IMG/VR virus record: IMGVR_UViG_3300036770_007034
Location: 23,060 to 87,059 of that record
Origin: a virus
Direction: 5' to 3' (one strand)
Length of the DNA: 64,000 nucleotides
Positions 1-13,400 of the stretch are shown here, one piece after another. The stretch's first letter is position 1. Every line of letters begins with the position of its first letter. Made by a program: the position numbers and the translations under genes. The notes beneath the pieces were generated by a model that did not search any database, was not told the origin of the DNA, and saw only the letters and a program-made list of their open reading frames with translations.

Positions 1-600
1 ACCACAGAGATCCTGCGCAGTCCCAATGTATGGTCGGGCCAAGCCGGAGTGACCAGCGTGGCAGCTTTGTTGAGCGATCCTCGATTGCAAGATGCTGTAC
101 AGACTGATCTTTATCAGCTATCTCTGCAAAATCTGCGTTCTCAAGGCATAGTCACAGGCGACGAAAACCCTGCCAAACTCGCTGGAATCATACAGGCCGG
201 TAGCAAATATGGTGCAGAAACCGTGAGAGATTGGCTCAAGGGCACAGTACAGGACGAAACAATATTGACTGATCTCAACAAGCTAGGTCGCAGTGCTCAA
301 TATGCTGTGCAATTAGTAGACCAGAAAGTGAGTTCGGCTATACAAGGATTTAGCACAGTGCCCCTGACATCGACCAATGTCACTGCTCGCAATCTCATCG
401 ACGATGCGGTCAGCAACGTGATTGGAAATCCCAAAGTTCCTAGCCCTAATTATGTGGGCACTTTGGATTTTTACGCTAACACATCAGATGCTGATCTCAC
501 CTACACAGGTGATGATGAGATAGTGTTGGCTCGTATCAATGCTGAACGAGCACGCCGTGGGTTGCCGCCTTTAGGCCCAGGCGGCACCATCCTAACATAG
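1..600 (+). CDS. C-terminal part of a probable virion/baseplate-associated protein (5' end outside window)
   Basis: Frame is open from base 1 to TAG at 598-600 and lies directly upstream of the gp25-like gene; no recognisable motif. Confidence 0.6.
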   Translation, partial: TTEILRSPNVWSGQAGVTSVAALLSDPRLQDAVQTDLYQLSLQNLRSQGIVTGDENPAKLAGIIQAGSKYGAETVRDWLKGTVQDETILTDLNKLGRSAQYAVQLVDQKVSSAIQGFSTVPLTSTNVTARNLIDDAVSNVIGNPKVPSPNYVGTLDFYANTSDADLTYTGDDEIVLARINAERARRGLPPLGPGGTILT

Positions 601-606
601 TAAATA
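601..606 (+). promoter_or_regulatory. T4-like late promoter core TAAATA (other + strand copies at 1006-1013, 18955-18962, 19712-19719, 19738-19744)
   Basis: TAAATA recurs just upstream of successive structural genes and resembles the T4 late promoter TATAAATA. Confidence 0.6.
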
Positions 607-610
607 CAGT

Positions 611-985
611 ATGGCTACTTTTATCGGATTCAATACTATCGACCAATATAAGAAATTCGTGCTCACGGATTTTGCTCTGATCAAGCGCGATCTCTTGAAC
701 TACCTCAACATACGCCAGGGAGAAAAACCCGGCCGGCCAGACGTAGGCACCACGATGTGGAATCTCATATTTGAACCACAGACCGAAAAAACAGCAGATC
801 TGATCATACAAGAGATACAGCGTATCGTTGGACAAGATCCTCGTATCTTCCTTTCTGATGCTGTGGCCTATCCTCAAGACAACGGTATCTTGGTAGAAGT
901 GGAGATCCAGACAGTGCAAGGTCAAGATGCACAGCGCCTGGCCGTGTTCTTCGATCAAGAATCACGCAGAGCTTCCTACGTATAA
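611..985 (+). CDS. Baseplate wedge/sheath-initiator protein, gp25/GpW-like
   Basis: 124 aa with L-x-IRQGEKPGRPDVGT-x-MWNLIFEP and DPRI motifs typical of the gp25 family; sits before a gp6-like gene. Confidence 0.85.
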   Translation: MATFIGFNTIDQYKKFVLTDFALIKRDLLNYLNIRQGEKPGRPDVGTTMWNLIFEPQTEKTADLIIQEIQRIVGQDPRIFLSDAVAYPQDNGILVEVEIQTVQGQDAQRLAVFFDQESRRASYV

Positions 986-1030
986 ACTGCCCAGTTTATC
1001 TGGCACATAAATACTCGAACGGAAAGTATT

Positions 1031-4000
1031 ATGGCCAAGACCACGAGACAAACTGCTATTTTTGGCGTAGAAGACTGGAAAAGGATCTACCAGACCTATC
1101 GCGAAGCTGACTTCCAAAGCTACGATTTTGAGACTCTGCGCAAGAGTTTCATCGACTACATACGCCTGTACTATCCCGAAAGTTTCAATGACTACATCGA
1201 GTCTAGTGAATTCGTGGCCTTGCTGGATGTCATGGCTTTTATGGGTCAGGCCTTGGCCTTCCGCAATGACCTAAACATCCGCGAAAACTTCCTGGATACC
1301 GCCGAACGACGCGATTCTGTGATACGTCTGGCTGATCTAGTATCGTATACTCCCAAACGCAACCAAGCCGCCCAGGGATTCCTCAAAGTGTTCAACGTGA
1401 GCACCACAGAAAATGTGATCGATTACAATGGTGTAAATCTATCTGGAGTCACAGTGAACTGGAACGATGCTACCAATGCCAGCTGGCAAGAGCAGTTCAC
1501 TGTTATTATCAATGCCGCTTTGGTAGACAGCCAGCGATTTGGTCGTCCTGGTGCGACTAAAAATATCTTGGGCATACAGACCGATGAATATACCGTGAAC
1601 TTGGTCCCGGGTTATCTACCGGTAATCCCTTACAATGCCACTGTGGATGGAACAGCCATGGCTTTTGAAGCAGTGAGCTCTACATTCCAGGACCGAGATT
1701 ATGTGTATGAACCCAGTCCAAGACCTGGCGGCGAGTTCAATGTGATGTTCCGCAATGACCGGTTGGGTTTTGCCAGTCCTAACACAGGATTCTTTTTCCT
1801 GTTCAAACAGGGCAACCTACAAGATCAAGACTACAATCTCGGCGAGCGTATCTCTAACCGAGTGATCAATGTCAATATTGAAGGCATCAACAATGACGAC
1901 GTATGGCTTTATCAACTCGACGAAGTAGGGCAAATCGCGCAAGAATGGACCAAGGTTGACAACATCTATGCCGCAGCCGTGGAGCAATTATCTCCAGACG
2001 CACGTAAATTTTTCTCAGTGACCAGTCGTACCAATGATCAGATCAATCTCAACTTTGGCGACGGTGTGTTTACAGAGATTCCTGTGGGTATCTTCCGCTC
2101 ATATGTTCGTGCATCCAACGGATTGCAATACATTATCAATCCTGAAGAGATGCAGGCCATACAGATCTCCATCGGCTATGTGAGTCGCACAGGTCGATTT
2201 GAAACTATTACTTTCACCTGCGGATTGAGCCAGCCAGTGAGCAACGCTGCCAGCCGCGAGAATATCGCCGATATCAAACAGCGTGCTCCTGCTCGTTATT
2301 ACACACAGAACCGCATGGTCAACGGTGAAGATTACAACAATCTTCCTTACACCTTGTTTGGTACTATCATCAAGAGCAAGGCAGTAAACCGTTCATCTAT
2401 CGGTACCAGTCGCTATCTTGACCTTGTTGACATCACGGGCAAGTACAGTTCTACCAACATCTTTGCCAGCGATGGCCTGATCTACGAGAATACCGAAGTT
2501 CCTACATTTACTTTCACCTTCGTGGATCAGAACGATATTGCCAATGTAATCATCAACGAGCTAGAACCCGTGCTGGCCAGTCGTGGAATGTTGGAATTTT
2601 ACTACAACAATTTTCCTCGTCCTAATCTTGTGCCTATCGGCATCGAGTGGAATCAGAGCACCACATTGGCCAACGAGACCACAGGATATTTCCAGTTTAT
2701 CGCCAGCGGTGCTCCAGCTCCTATCGGTTCTAATACCAGCGATAACAAAAAATACATCACACAAGGTGCCCTGGTCAAATTTGAACCTCCTGCAGGATAT
2801 TGCTTTGATGCTAACAATAGACTAAAACTAGGTCTGCCCACACAGCCCAATGACAAGATCATACTATGGGCCACTGTTTCTGCGTTGATATTAGATGGTA
2901 CCAACTTTGGCAATGGTAATCTGCCCGACGGTACCGGTCCAGTGACACTGAACAATTTTATACCATCAGAAGCTATCGCCACGCAAGTAATCGCCAAATT
3001 CATCACAGATCTTCCCACAGACGTAGAACAGCAGATCAAAGATCAGATTGAGCTCTACAGAGATTTTGGTCTAGGATATGATTATCTCGACGGTGAGTGG
3101 TATGTGATCACATCTACTAATCTCAATCCTGCCACTACATTCAGTCTGGCCAATGCACAGAATCAATCCGGTCAAGGTCTGGATAACTCCTGGCTAGTGG
3201 CATTTGAGACCGATGGTGTCACGTATACAGTGACTTATCGTTCATTGGAAAGATTCTTTGCCAGCATCTTGCAGACACGCTTCTTCTATGATGGGTCGCA
3301 GGCCGTGTATGATCCTCGCACAGGTACCGTGATCAATGATTTCATCAATGTGCTCAAGATAAACACACAACCTGATACTTCGATAGCGTTGAATAATGAT
3401 GTGATAATGGACATCGTGGGTCAGCCTATCCAGAGCGACGGATTTGTTGATGACTTCCGTGTGCGGGTAAGTTTCAAAGACTTTGACAATGACGGTGTGC
3501 CAGACAATCCTGACTACTTCCAAGAGTTAGTAGCTCCTGACGTGAATCCCAATCAAAAACTGGTGTTCCTGCAACAGACTGTAGACTTTGACAATCTCGA
3601 GCGTTATGTACCATTGGCCGAAGGAGTAGTACTAAGCGAATTTGCTACAGAAGATGCTATCGAGCTAGTCAAAGATGAATATGCCAACGGGCAGATTTTT
3701 TATGCTTATGAAGAAGAGTTATTTTACGAACTTGAGATAGCTTATACCGGAGTCCGTACACTCAAAGAGATTACTGGACTGCTGGCATATACCGGCCGCC
3801 AAGATCTCAGTTTCCAGTACAGACACAATGCCCCACTGAGTCGTAGGATCGATCCTGGTACTACTAACATCATCGATATCTATCTGGTCACTCAAGCCTA
3901 CTACACTGCCTATCAGAATTACATCAAAGATAGCACAGGTACGATCCCCGAACCCGAACCTCCCACTATCGATGAGCTTACAGCTTCTTATTCCAGCCTG

Positions 4001-4438
4001 AATCAGTACAAGATGATTTCAGACAACGTGATCTTGAACTCAGTGAAATTCAAACCTCTGTTTGGTATCAAGTCTTCTCCAGAACTGCGTGCCACTCTCA
4101 AAGTCGTGCGCAATGGCGGCAGCACAGTGAGCGTGAGTGAGATCAAGAGTCGCATGGTCGCAGCCATCAATGAATACTTTACCATCGACAAATGGGATTT
4201 TGGTCTTACATTCTACTTCTCGGAATTGGCAGCATATCTGCATAGAGAACTAGGCGATATCATTTCTACCGTGGTGTTGGTACCCGAAGATCCTCTCAAG
4301 AGCTTTGGAGACCTGTACGAAATACGTTGTGCCGCTGACGAAATATTCGTGAATGCTGCCACAGTAAATAACATTGAAGTGATTGATGCGCTCACTGCCA
4401 GTGAGCTCCGTACAGCACCTAACAGCGGCGTAATCTGA
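1031..4438 (+). CDS. Baseplate wedge subunit, T4 gp6-like
   Basis: N-terminal YDFETLR...FNDYIESSE...LLDVMAF...ENFLDTAERRDSV...SYTPKR, the FGDG motif and E-x-IADIKQRAP...QNRMVNGEDY are gp6/baseplate-J hallmarks. Confidence 0.85.
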   Translation: MAKTTRQTAIFGVEDWKRIYQTYREADFQSYDFETLRKSFIDYIRLYYPESFNDYIESSEFVALLDVMAFMGQALAFRNDLNIRENFLDTAERRDSVIRLADLVSYTPKRNQAAQGFLKVFNVSTTENVIDYNGVNLSGVTVNWNDATNASWQEQFTVIINAALVDSQRFGRPGATKNILGIQTDEYTVNLVPGYLPVIPYNATVDGTAMAFEAVSSTFQDRDYVYEPSPRPGGEFNVMFRNDRLGFASPNTGFFFLFKQGNLQDQDYNLGERISNRVINVNIEGINNDDVWLYQLDEVGQIAQEWTKVDNIYAAAVEQLSPDARKFFSVTSRTNDQINLNFGDGVFTEIPVGIFRSYVRASNGLQYIINPEEMQAIQISIGYVSRTGRFETITFTCGLSQPVSNAASRENIADIKQRAPARYYTQNRMVNGEDYNNLPYTLFGTIIKSKAVNRSSIGTSRYLDLVDITGKYSSTNIFASDGLIYENTEVPTFTFTFVDQNDIANVIINELEPVLASRGMLEFYYNNFPRPNLVPIGIEWNQSTTLANETTGYFQFIASGAPAPIGSNTSDNKKYITQGALVKFEPPAGYCFDANNRLKLGLPTQPNDKIILWATVSALILDGTNFGNGNLPDGTGPVTLNNFIPSEAIATQVIAKFITDLPTDVEQQIKDQIELYRDFGLGYDYLDGEWYVITSTNLNPATTFSLANAQNQSGQGLDNSWLVAFETDGVTYTVTYRSLERFFASILQTRFFYDGSQAVYDPRTGTVINDFINVLKINTQPDTSIALNNDVIMDIVGQPIQSDGFVDDFRVRVSFKDFDNDGVPDNPDYFQELVAPDVNPNQKLVFLQQTVDFDNLERYVPLAEGVVLSEFATEDAIELVKDEYANGQIFYAYEEELFYELEIAYTGVRTLKEITGLLAYTGRQDLSFQYRHNAPLSRRIDPGTTNIIDIYLVTQAYYTAYQNYIKDSTGTIPEPEPPTIDELTASYSSLNQYKMISDNVILNSVKFKPLFGIKSSPELRATLKVVRNGGSTVSVSEIKSRMVAAINEYFTIDKWDFGLTFYFSELAAYLHRELGDIISTVVLVPEDPLKSFGDLYEIRCAADEIFVNAATVNNIEVIDALTASELRTAPNSGVI

Positions 4439-4439
4439 T

Positions 4440-7400
4440 ATGGCCAACCAAAGAATAAGAACCGTAGACTTCCTGCCTGAGATATTCCAAACGCCGACCA
4501 ATCGGCAGTTTCTCAGTGCCACTCTTGACCAGTTAGTCCAGAATCCCAAGCTCAAGCAAACACAAGGTTATATCGGACGCCGTGTGGGACCTGGCGTGAA
4601 TCCCAATGACAATTATGTACTTGAGCCCACACGTACTCGTACAGATTATCAGCTAGAACCTGGTGTGGTATTCCTGGCGCCCAACACTAACAATGTGGTC
4701 GATGCTATGACCTACCCCGGTCTTATCGATTCGATCGCGGTAAAGGGTGGTAATGTACAGCGCCAGGATCGATTGTTTTCTAGCCAATATTACAGCTGGG
4801 ATCCGTTTATCGATCTTGATAAGTTTGTAAACTTCAGCCAATATTATTGGTTGCCCGAAGGCCCTGATTCAGTAGATGTGTTTTCTGCCGCTGTACCACT
4901 TCGCGATGACTTTGTGGTCAGTCGTACCAGCACCGGATATACATTCAGCGGAGTCACAGGGACCAATCCTACTCTTACCTTGGTCAGAGAAGGCAACTAT
5001 ACATTTGATGTCAGACAGACCGGCTTCCGGTTCTGGATACAATCTGTTCCTGGTGTATCAGGTGTGCTACCCCAGACTCCTAATCAAAGCAGCCGTGAAG
5101 TGCTTGGTGTTACCAACAACGGCGATGACAATGGCGTGATTACGTTTGACGTGCCTGCCAAGTCTGCACAAAATTTCTATTATCAGTTGGCAGATGCTGG
5201 TCAAGTTGACTTTGCTACAGATATACAGTTTGATGATATCAACAATCGTTATCTCAGCGAATTCATAGAAGAATATGGTGGCATAGATGGTGTCTCAGAC
5301 ATCAATGGTCGCACAGTAATATTCCTCAATGATGCCGGTTGGTTCTTTACTGGACTGTATGATGCCAATGGACAACCGTTTGATTCTGTGCCCTATGATG
5401 AAACAGTTGAGATCACCCTTGAAAGTCAGAAGTACAGTGTGTGGCGAATCAATCTAGTATATGATGATCCGTTGAACCCTTATATCAAGCTCACTGTAGA
5501 TCGTCCAGTTGATAATCTCAGTCGCTTGTTGGTACTATACGGAAATCAATACTCTAATATCAGTTTCTACAAAGATGCCAGCGGCACCTTTGAACGAATT
5601 CCTTTGATTACCGCCAACCTTGATGTACTATATTATCAAGATGCCACGAATCCTGATTTCTTCGGTGTGATTCGATTGGTAGATCAAGCCGGGGATCAAA
5701 CACTGGACATCGACGAGATCATCGGCAAGAAAACATATACCAGTCCTAATGGTGTGACATTTACCAACGGACTCAAAGTACAATTCCAAGGACTGACCAA
5801 CCCAGCTAGTTACGAAGGCAAAGAATATTATGTGGAAGGTGTGGGCACCGCGATACAGCTAATACCTGTCAGCAAGATGATCACCCCTGAAACCTACACA
5901 CGCTCGGCTACTATTCCCTATGATTCTCTGCCCTATGACGAAGGTGGGTTTGATGACACTCTGAATGCACCTCTAGATCAAGATTACATGACTATCAATC
6001 GTGCTAGTTTTGGTTACAACGCCTGGAGCAGATCAAATCGTTGGTTCCATGCGCAGGTCATAGCAGACACCGCCCGATACAACGGTATAGATCCTTTCTT
6101 AGACAATGATCAAAGAGCCAAACGTCCTATCATTGAGTTCCGCCCTGACCTCAAACTGTTCAATTCAGGAACCTTAGGGATTGATCCTGTAAACATCATA
6201 GATTTCCGAGCCACAGACGCCCTAAGCGATATCAATGGTACCATTGGATATTCTGTGGACGGCTATTCGTTCATTGACGGGAGCCGAGTGATATTTGCGG
6301 CAGACCGAGATCCAGAAGTCAGAAACAAAATCTACCAGGTCAACTTTATAACCCCGACAGGATCCGGCACGCCTATAATCGATCTACAACCAGCCAATCT
6401 CGAGACTCCGGACCAGTTGATCAATGAAATGGTAGTGGTCTTGAGTGGCATCACACAGCAGGGCAAGAGCTACTGGTTTGATGGTGCGACCTGGATTGAA
6501 GCACAACGCAAGACCGATGTGAATCAACCTCCATTGTTTGATGTGTTTGATGAAAACGGAGTGAGTTATAGCAACTCTACGGTATATCCAGCAACCAGTT
6601 TCCGTGGCAGCAAACTTTTCAGCTATGCCATTGGCGATGGAGTGACTGATCCTATAGTAGAACAACCACTGAAATATCTCACCATCAACAACGTGGGAGA
6701 TATCATATTTGACAACAATCTCAACATAGATACTTTTACCTATGTTGAAGATACAGTAAGCGTGACACTGGATATCAATGATGGTGTGGTCCGTCAATAT
6801 ATTGATCGAGTGAATTTCCGCAAACTGTTGGGTTGGCAAACAGCCAATACCACTGTGACATCTCGACAGAGTTTCTCTTTTGATTATCAAGGATCTGAAC
6901 AATTGATACTGGATATTCCTGTAGACACTACATCTACAGATATTCCAGTGAAAGTATTTGTAAATGCGATCTTTGTTGATCCTACGAACTATACCTATGT
7001 CGTCAACAGCAATGGATCTACCACTATCACATTTGTGTCGCCTCCAGCGGCTGGCTCCAAAATTGAAGTCAGTGTGGTCAGTGAAGTGGCCAGTAGCACA
7101 GGCTTCTACAGCGTTCCTCTCAATCTTGAAAACAATGCTGTCAATGAAGATATCATACAGCTCACTCTGGGTACCATCCGCAATCACTACGGATCGATCT
7201 GTCAGAATCTGCAGACATTCCAAGGACAGATCAATGGCCAGAACAATAGCAGAGATCTAGGCAATCTCATACCCTACGGTTCGATCATACTGCAACAGAG
7301 CTCACCGCTCACGATGACTGCTTCGTTTATCAACAGCCAGAGATTTGATTTTTTCCATGCTATCGAATTTGCGGCCAAAGAATACACCAAGTACAAAAAT

Positions 7401-10400
7401 CTCATAGTCGATGCAGTGATCAAGAATGATTTCCAGAACATGACCGCGGCTGAGATACTGGATGAGTGTATAGACACGATCAACCTCGGTAAGACCGAGC
7501 TGATGCCATTCTATTGGACAGATACCTTGCCTACTGGTGGTGCGTTTGATGTGACCACGTACACAGTGACTCCAATCACTACCAATGTGTTTGATACGCT
7601 TTACACTTATGATTTCACTTCAGCTAACTACCGTGCGATACTAGTTTATCTCAATGATGTGCAGTTGATTGGCAACGGATACGAGTACACCGTGGCCACA
7701 GATGGCCCACGTATCACTATCAATGTACCATTGTCAATCGGCGATGTGATCACCCTACGTGAATATACCAGCACTTTTGGTAACTTCGTACCTTCTACTC
7801 CCACTGTGTTGGGATTGTATCCTTCCTATGTACCTGCGATATTTCTTGATGATACTTATGTCACTGACAAATTAGTGATACGTGGGCATGATGGATCGAT
7901 CACTGTGGCCTATGAAGACATCCGAGATGAAGTGCTGTTGGAATTTGAAAAACGCATATTCAACAATCTCAAGACCCAAAGTAATCCTGTCCCTCTGCAA
8001 TACTCTGATGTTGCACCAGGACAGTTCCGTACCACAGAATACACACAATCCGAAGTAACCAGCATCATGGGTGTGAGCTTCTTGGCCTGGGTCGGTGCAA
8101 ATAAACTGGCCTATAGAGAGCAAGACTACATTCCAGACAATCAGTTTACCTGGAACTATACTGCCAGCGAGAACAAACTCACAGGAACCACTCTGCTAGG
8201 CGCCTGGAGAGGTATCTACAATTACTTCTATGACACTGATGCTCCTAACACCCGCCCATGGGAGATGCTGGGTTTCAGCCAGAAGCCCACATGGTGGGAA
8301 GATCAATACGGCCCAGCTCCATACACTTCTGGTAACTTGGTGCTGTGGGACGATTTAGAAGCAGGCCGTGTGATGGATCCCGCGGGATCTTATGTCATAG
8401 AAAAATACAAACGTCCTGGGCTTACCTCAGTGATACCTTCAGATTCAGAAGGCAATCTCCTGCCACCATTCGATGTGATGGTCGGAGAATATGACACGGG
8501 AAGTTTCCGCAAGAGCTGGACAGTGGGCGATGGCGGTCCAGTGGAAGCATCTTTCTGGAAATCCAGTTACTGGCCGTTTGCTGTGCAGAGACTGCTGGCC
8601 CTGACCAAGCCCGCACAGTATTTTTCTCTGTTCGCAGATAGAGATCTCTATAGATTCAACGATGAATTTGGTCAGTATCTCTATGAAAATCGTTTCCGCT
8701 TACGCCCGGAGAATATCCAAATCTACGGCAACGGCACGATCAAGAACAGCTATATCAACTGGATAGTGGACTACAATCGCCAGACTGGATTGGATTCCAC
8801 GGTAGATCTCAAGCGCGAGTTGGAAAATCTCGATGTGCGCCTGTGCTATCGTATGGCATCATTCTCGGATAAACAATATCTCAAGCTCTACACAGAGAAG
8901 TCAAGTCCTAACAGTCTCAACACCAGCCTGCTGTTGCCTGACGAAAGCTATCAGCTGTTGCTGTATAAAAATCCCACACAGTCTGCCCTGACCTGGAGTT
9001 CTATAATAATCCAGCGCAGTGATAGAGGATGGGTGGTCTATGGATACAGCACGGTGAGACCTTATTTTGAGATACTCACTAGCATACCCAATGGTAATTT
9101 CCGCACCTTCACAGTGAACGAGACTACTATACGTGTGGCCAATGATTACAGCAATCAAGTCACTCGTGTACCTTATGGCTATGAATTCTCCACCGTGAGT
9201 GGTGTGGTGGATTTCTTGTTGAGCTACGGAAAGCTCATGGAGTCTCAAGGCATCACTTTCCAGGACATAGAGCGTAATCGTGTGTTGAACTGGGATCAGA
9301 TGGCCTACGAGTTCATGTACTGGAGCCAGCAAGGATGGGCACCTGGCAGCTTGATCAATATCAACCCAGTGGCCAATACTTTGCGTATTGAGCGACCAGG
9401 ATTCGTAGCTGAGCCGTTGAGCACTACAGCGCCCGAAGACATCTTGCTGAATCAGAATAAGAATTCACTGCAAAGCCAGGATTATGTGGTTGAGCGTTTT
9501 GAAAATGAATTGGTATTGAGAGCCGTAAACAATAACACTTTCAGCTATCTTGGTGCCAAGTTCACACAGTTTGAACACATGATCGTGTTGGATAACACCA
9601 GTGTGTTCAATGACCTCATTTATAATCCCGCCACTGGCGCCCGCCAGAGTCGACTACTGTTTGTAGGCTACACCACTTATGAGTGGAACGGTACGCTGGA
9701 TGCCCAGGGCTTCATACTCAATCAAGACAATATCGTACAATGGGTTCCCAACAAAGCCTACAGCAAAGGTCAGATCGTTCTTTACAAAGATTCATATTGG
9801 TCTGCGGCCAAGATCATACCTCCGTCAGAGACCTTTGACTTCAATGTGTGGATCAAGAGCGATTACGATCAGATCCAGAAAGGCCTGTTGCCCAACGCTG
9901 CCACTAATGCTGAGAACATCCGTAACTTCTATGATGTGCATACTGCCAATCTTGAGAGAGATGCAGATCTGTTTGCATTTGGTCTTATCGGATTCCGTCC
10001 ACGTCGCTACATGCAGAATCTCAACTTGGATGATATCAGCCAAGTCAATCTCTACAGCCAGTTCCTGGGTATCAAAGGTACCACTCAGGCCGCGGAAATA
10101 TTCACACGTGCCAACCTTGGCAAAGAAGTAGCTGAATACGAAATATTTGAGAACTGGGCCATCCAGCGTGCCATCTACGGTGCTAATGCCAACCGCAGTT
10201 ATTTTGAACTGAGGCTGAATGAAGCTCTGATGCTAGCCAACCCTAGCACTATCCAAGTGATCGAACCTGGTGAATTTAGTGATGCAGATCAGACCGTGCA
10301 GGTAAACCAGATCTGGAAAGAAAGCTATCCGATCACTTCTTCCGACATCCTGCCTACCAACTTTCTCAATGCCACCGACGTACTGCTGCCCAGTGCAGGA

Positions 10401-13400
10401 TATGTAAACTGGGACGATGCTGACATCAAGGTGTTCAGTTTTGCAGACCTCACTCCTATCATCAATGACATCGAAAATATCGCAGTAGGTACCAGCGTCT
10501 GGGTAGCCAAAGATAACAGTTATGATTGGAATATCTATCGTAACAATCTAGTGATATACACCATAGATTCCGTGAGAGACAATCTCAATGGAACCTGTAC
10601 CTTGACTTTCGCAGGACAACACGGTCTCACTGTGAATCAGAAGATCGTGATCAAGTACTTTGGTCTTGGTGTGGATGGTGCCTATGATGTATTGAGTGTA
10701 CCAAGTCTAAAAACAGTGACTATAGCATTGTCATTGGGAGGTGCAGCCACTACAATCACTGGTACAGGTGTCTGCTTTGTGCTGGAAAGCATGCGTGTGC
10801 GCCAGGCCAGTGATGTGTCATTGTTAGAATACAGCAATAGTCTCTTACCGGGTAATCGCGCCTGGGTCGATGACGATGGCACTGGCCACTGGGTGGTGTA
10901 CGAAAAAATCAATCCCTTCTCTACACCAGCAGAACTTATCCCAGAACAACCCGAAGCAAACAGCCGATTTGGTTCTGCTATCACACAGGGATTTGGAAAT
11001 CTTGGCGCCCTGATCGGTGCGCCCGGATTTGACAATGATGTGGGAGCCGTTTATGCTTTTACCAAGGGTGGCACTAGCACCTATGTAGAAACTGTGTTGT
11101 TGACCATGGGAGCAAATAATTTTGTGAACTACGGTAGCGCAGTGGCTTCTGGTGGGTCTCAATGGGGCATCGCAGGCGCGGCCAACTCATGGGCCAAACA
11201 AGGCTATGCAGTCACTATCAATCGGAATCCTGACAGCGGTAACTACGTGCAGGCGCAACTGCTCACAGAAGTTCCTTATAGATTGTATACCGCCAACGGG
11301 GACGGATCCACAGTCGCATTTGATCCCACAGGCACACTAGGCGCTATTTCAGATCCTGAACTACTGGGAGTGGTAGTAGGCGATACTCCTCAGGTTTATG
11401 GAACTAACTGGACTTACTCGGCACCTAATGTAATATTCTCTTCGGTGGCCACACCTTCTGGTACCGAAGCCGCACCACCAGCCGGCACAGATAACGTCAA
11501 GATATTCTATTATGATGAATATGGCCATGGATTAGCAGTAAGCCAAGATGAACGTTGGATATATGTAGGTGCTCCTGCGGGTAATCGTGTGTATGCCTAC
11601 AACAAAGTGGATGTCCAGACCCAAGTAAAGAACTTTGTAGGTGACGGTGCTACTGATGAATTTTACATCGCTGATGTGATCATTGTGGATGATGATTCGG
11701 CAGATGGCGGTATTGGTGCTCAACAGATTGGTGTCACGGTAAACAATCTTCCCAAACAAGCCGGTGTTGATTACGAATACAGTAACGGTTCTGTGATATT
11801 TACAGCACCTCCAAACACTGATGATACCATACGTATCATCCGTCTGCAGAGCAAAACATTCTTCCCTACCACGGCAGAAACGGTATTTGCGATCGAAGAT
11901 CTCTACACTGCGACCAATATCTATAGCTTCAGCGTGTATGTGAATGATGTGTTACAGCGTCCTAACATGGACTACACTTTCAATTCCGGTAATAAGACTA
12001 TCACTTTCGTTTCTGGCGGTGTCATAGGCACCGTATTGGTGGTATCACGCACTTATTTCCAGTATGTTGATTATTTTGACATGCCTAGCCCTGCGCTGTC
12101 AACTGCCAGATTTGGACATGCACTATCATCAACCACAGATGGTCGTCAGGCCTTGATTGGCGCACCAGATGCCACAGCAGATTCCAAACTGTTGGCCGGT
12201 CAGATTTACGTGATAGATCGTAGTGTAGAACGTTTCACAGTGACTGATACTTCAGTGACATCTTATACTACTCTGCGTAATTTCAACGGCCCAGCCACAG
12301 TCAAGATCAATGCTACATTCTTGATACCAGACAACGGCTTCAATAACAATGGTCAGTTTACCGACGATGGAGTAAACACTGTGACCATTGATGTACCATT
12401 GAACATTGGCGATTTTATCGAGATCGAAACCAACACATTCAAACTAGTCCAGGCCGTGGCATCTAATGCTCCTCAGGCCGCTGCTAATTTTGGTCGTGCG
12501 CTGGATCAGTGCCCAACAAACTGTAGCCTTTACATAGGTCAGCCCAATGATTCCTCTATCGTGCCACAGGGCGGTAGTGCAGAGAGATGGATCAATCAAA
12601 ACAGACTATATGGCATTATCTCAGGAGTAAATCAGAATCCCACACTCACTCCAGGAGAAAGCATCCGTATCAATGACGTGGATGTGCTAGTATCTACACC
12701 CACTGCTTGGACATCAGCCATTGGCTGGTCGGCCAATGTGTTCGTGATAGATGGCACTGCGATCTATCGTAGTATCCGGGCAGTTCCTGTGTCAACTAGC
12801 ATCGATGACACTTCTTATTGGCAGCCATCTAGTTGGGTAGAACTCTATGTCGGAGATATCACTACAGCCAACATACCCAATGTCTCGGCCACGACCAGCA
12901 ATGGATACATCACACTGAGTATCGCCAATGCAGATGCGGCCATACCTTTCACACAGTTAGTAGTACTACCTGGTTTAGGTGATACTTTCTATGAACTGGG
13001 TCTGGAGCCGATGTATTATACCCAAACTATCACGGCGCCGAATCCTGTGGCCTATGCGCATTTTGGTGCCTCAGTTGACATCAGCGATGATTCACGCACG
13101 CTAGTGGTCGGATCGCCACAGGGTACAGCGTTCAAACCCACTACCTTTGACAACGGCATCACTTACTTTGACAGCAAAGCCACAGAATTCTTTGATCCTC
13201 TCAGCGAAAGCGGAGTGGTGTTTACATATGATCTGCTGAGCTCGGCCAATGGTAGCATACGAAATCCCAGCAAGTTTGTGTTCGGACAACAAATATACGA
13301 TGAGGATCTCAGATCTCTGGATGAATTTGGCACGGCGGTGAGTTATAACAATGGCATCCTACTGATAGGATCTCCACAGGATGATCTCGGCGACAGTGTT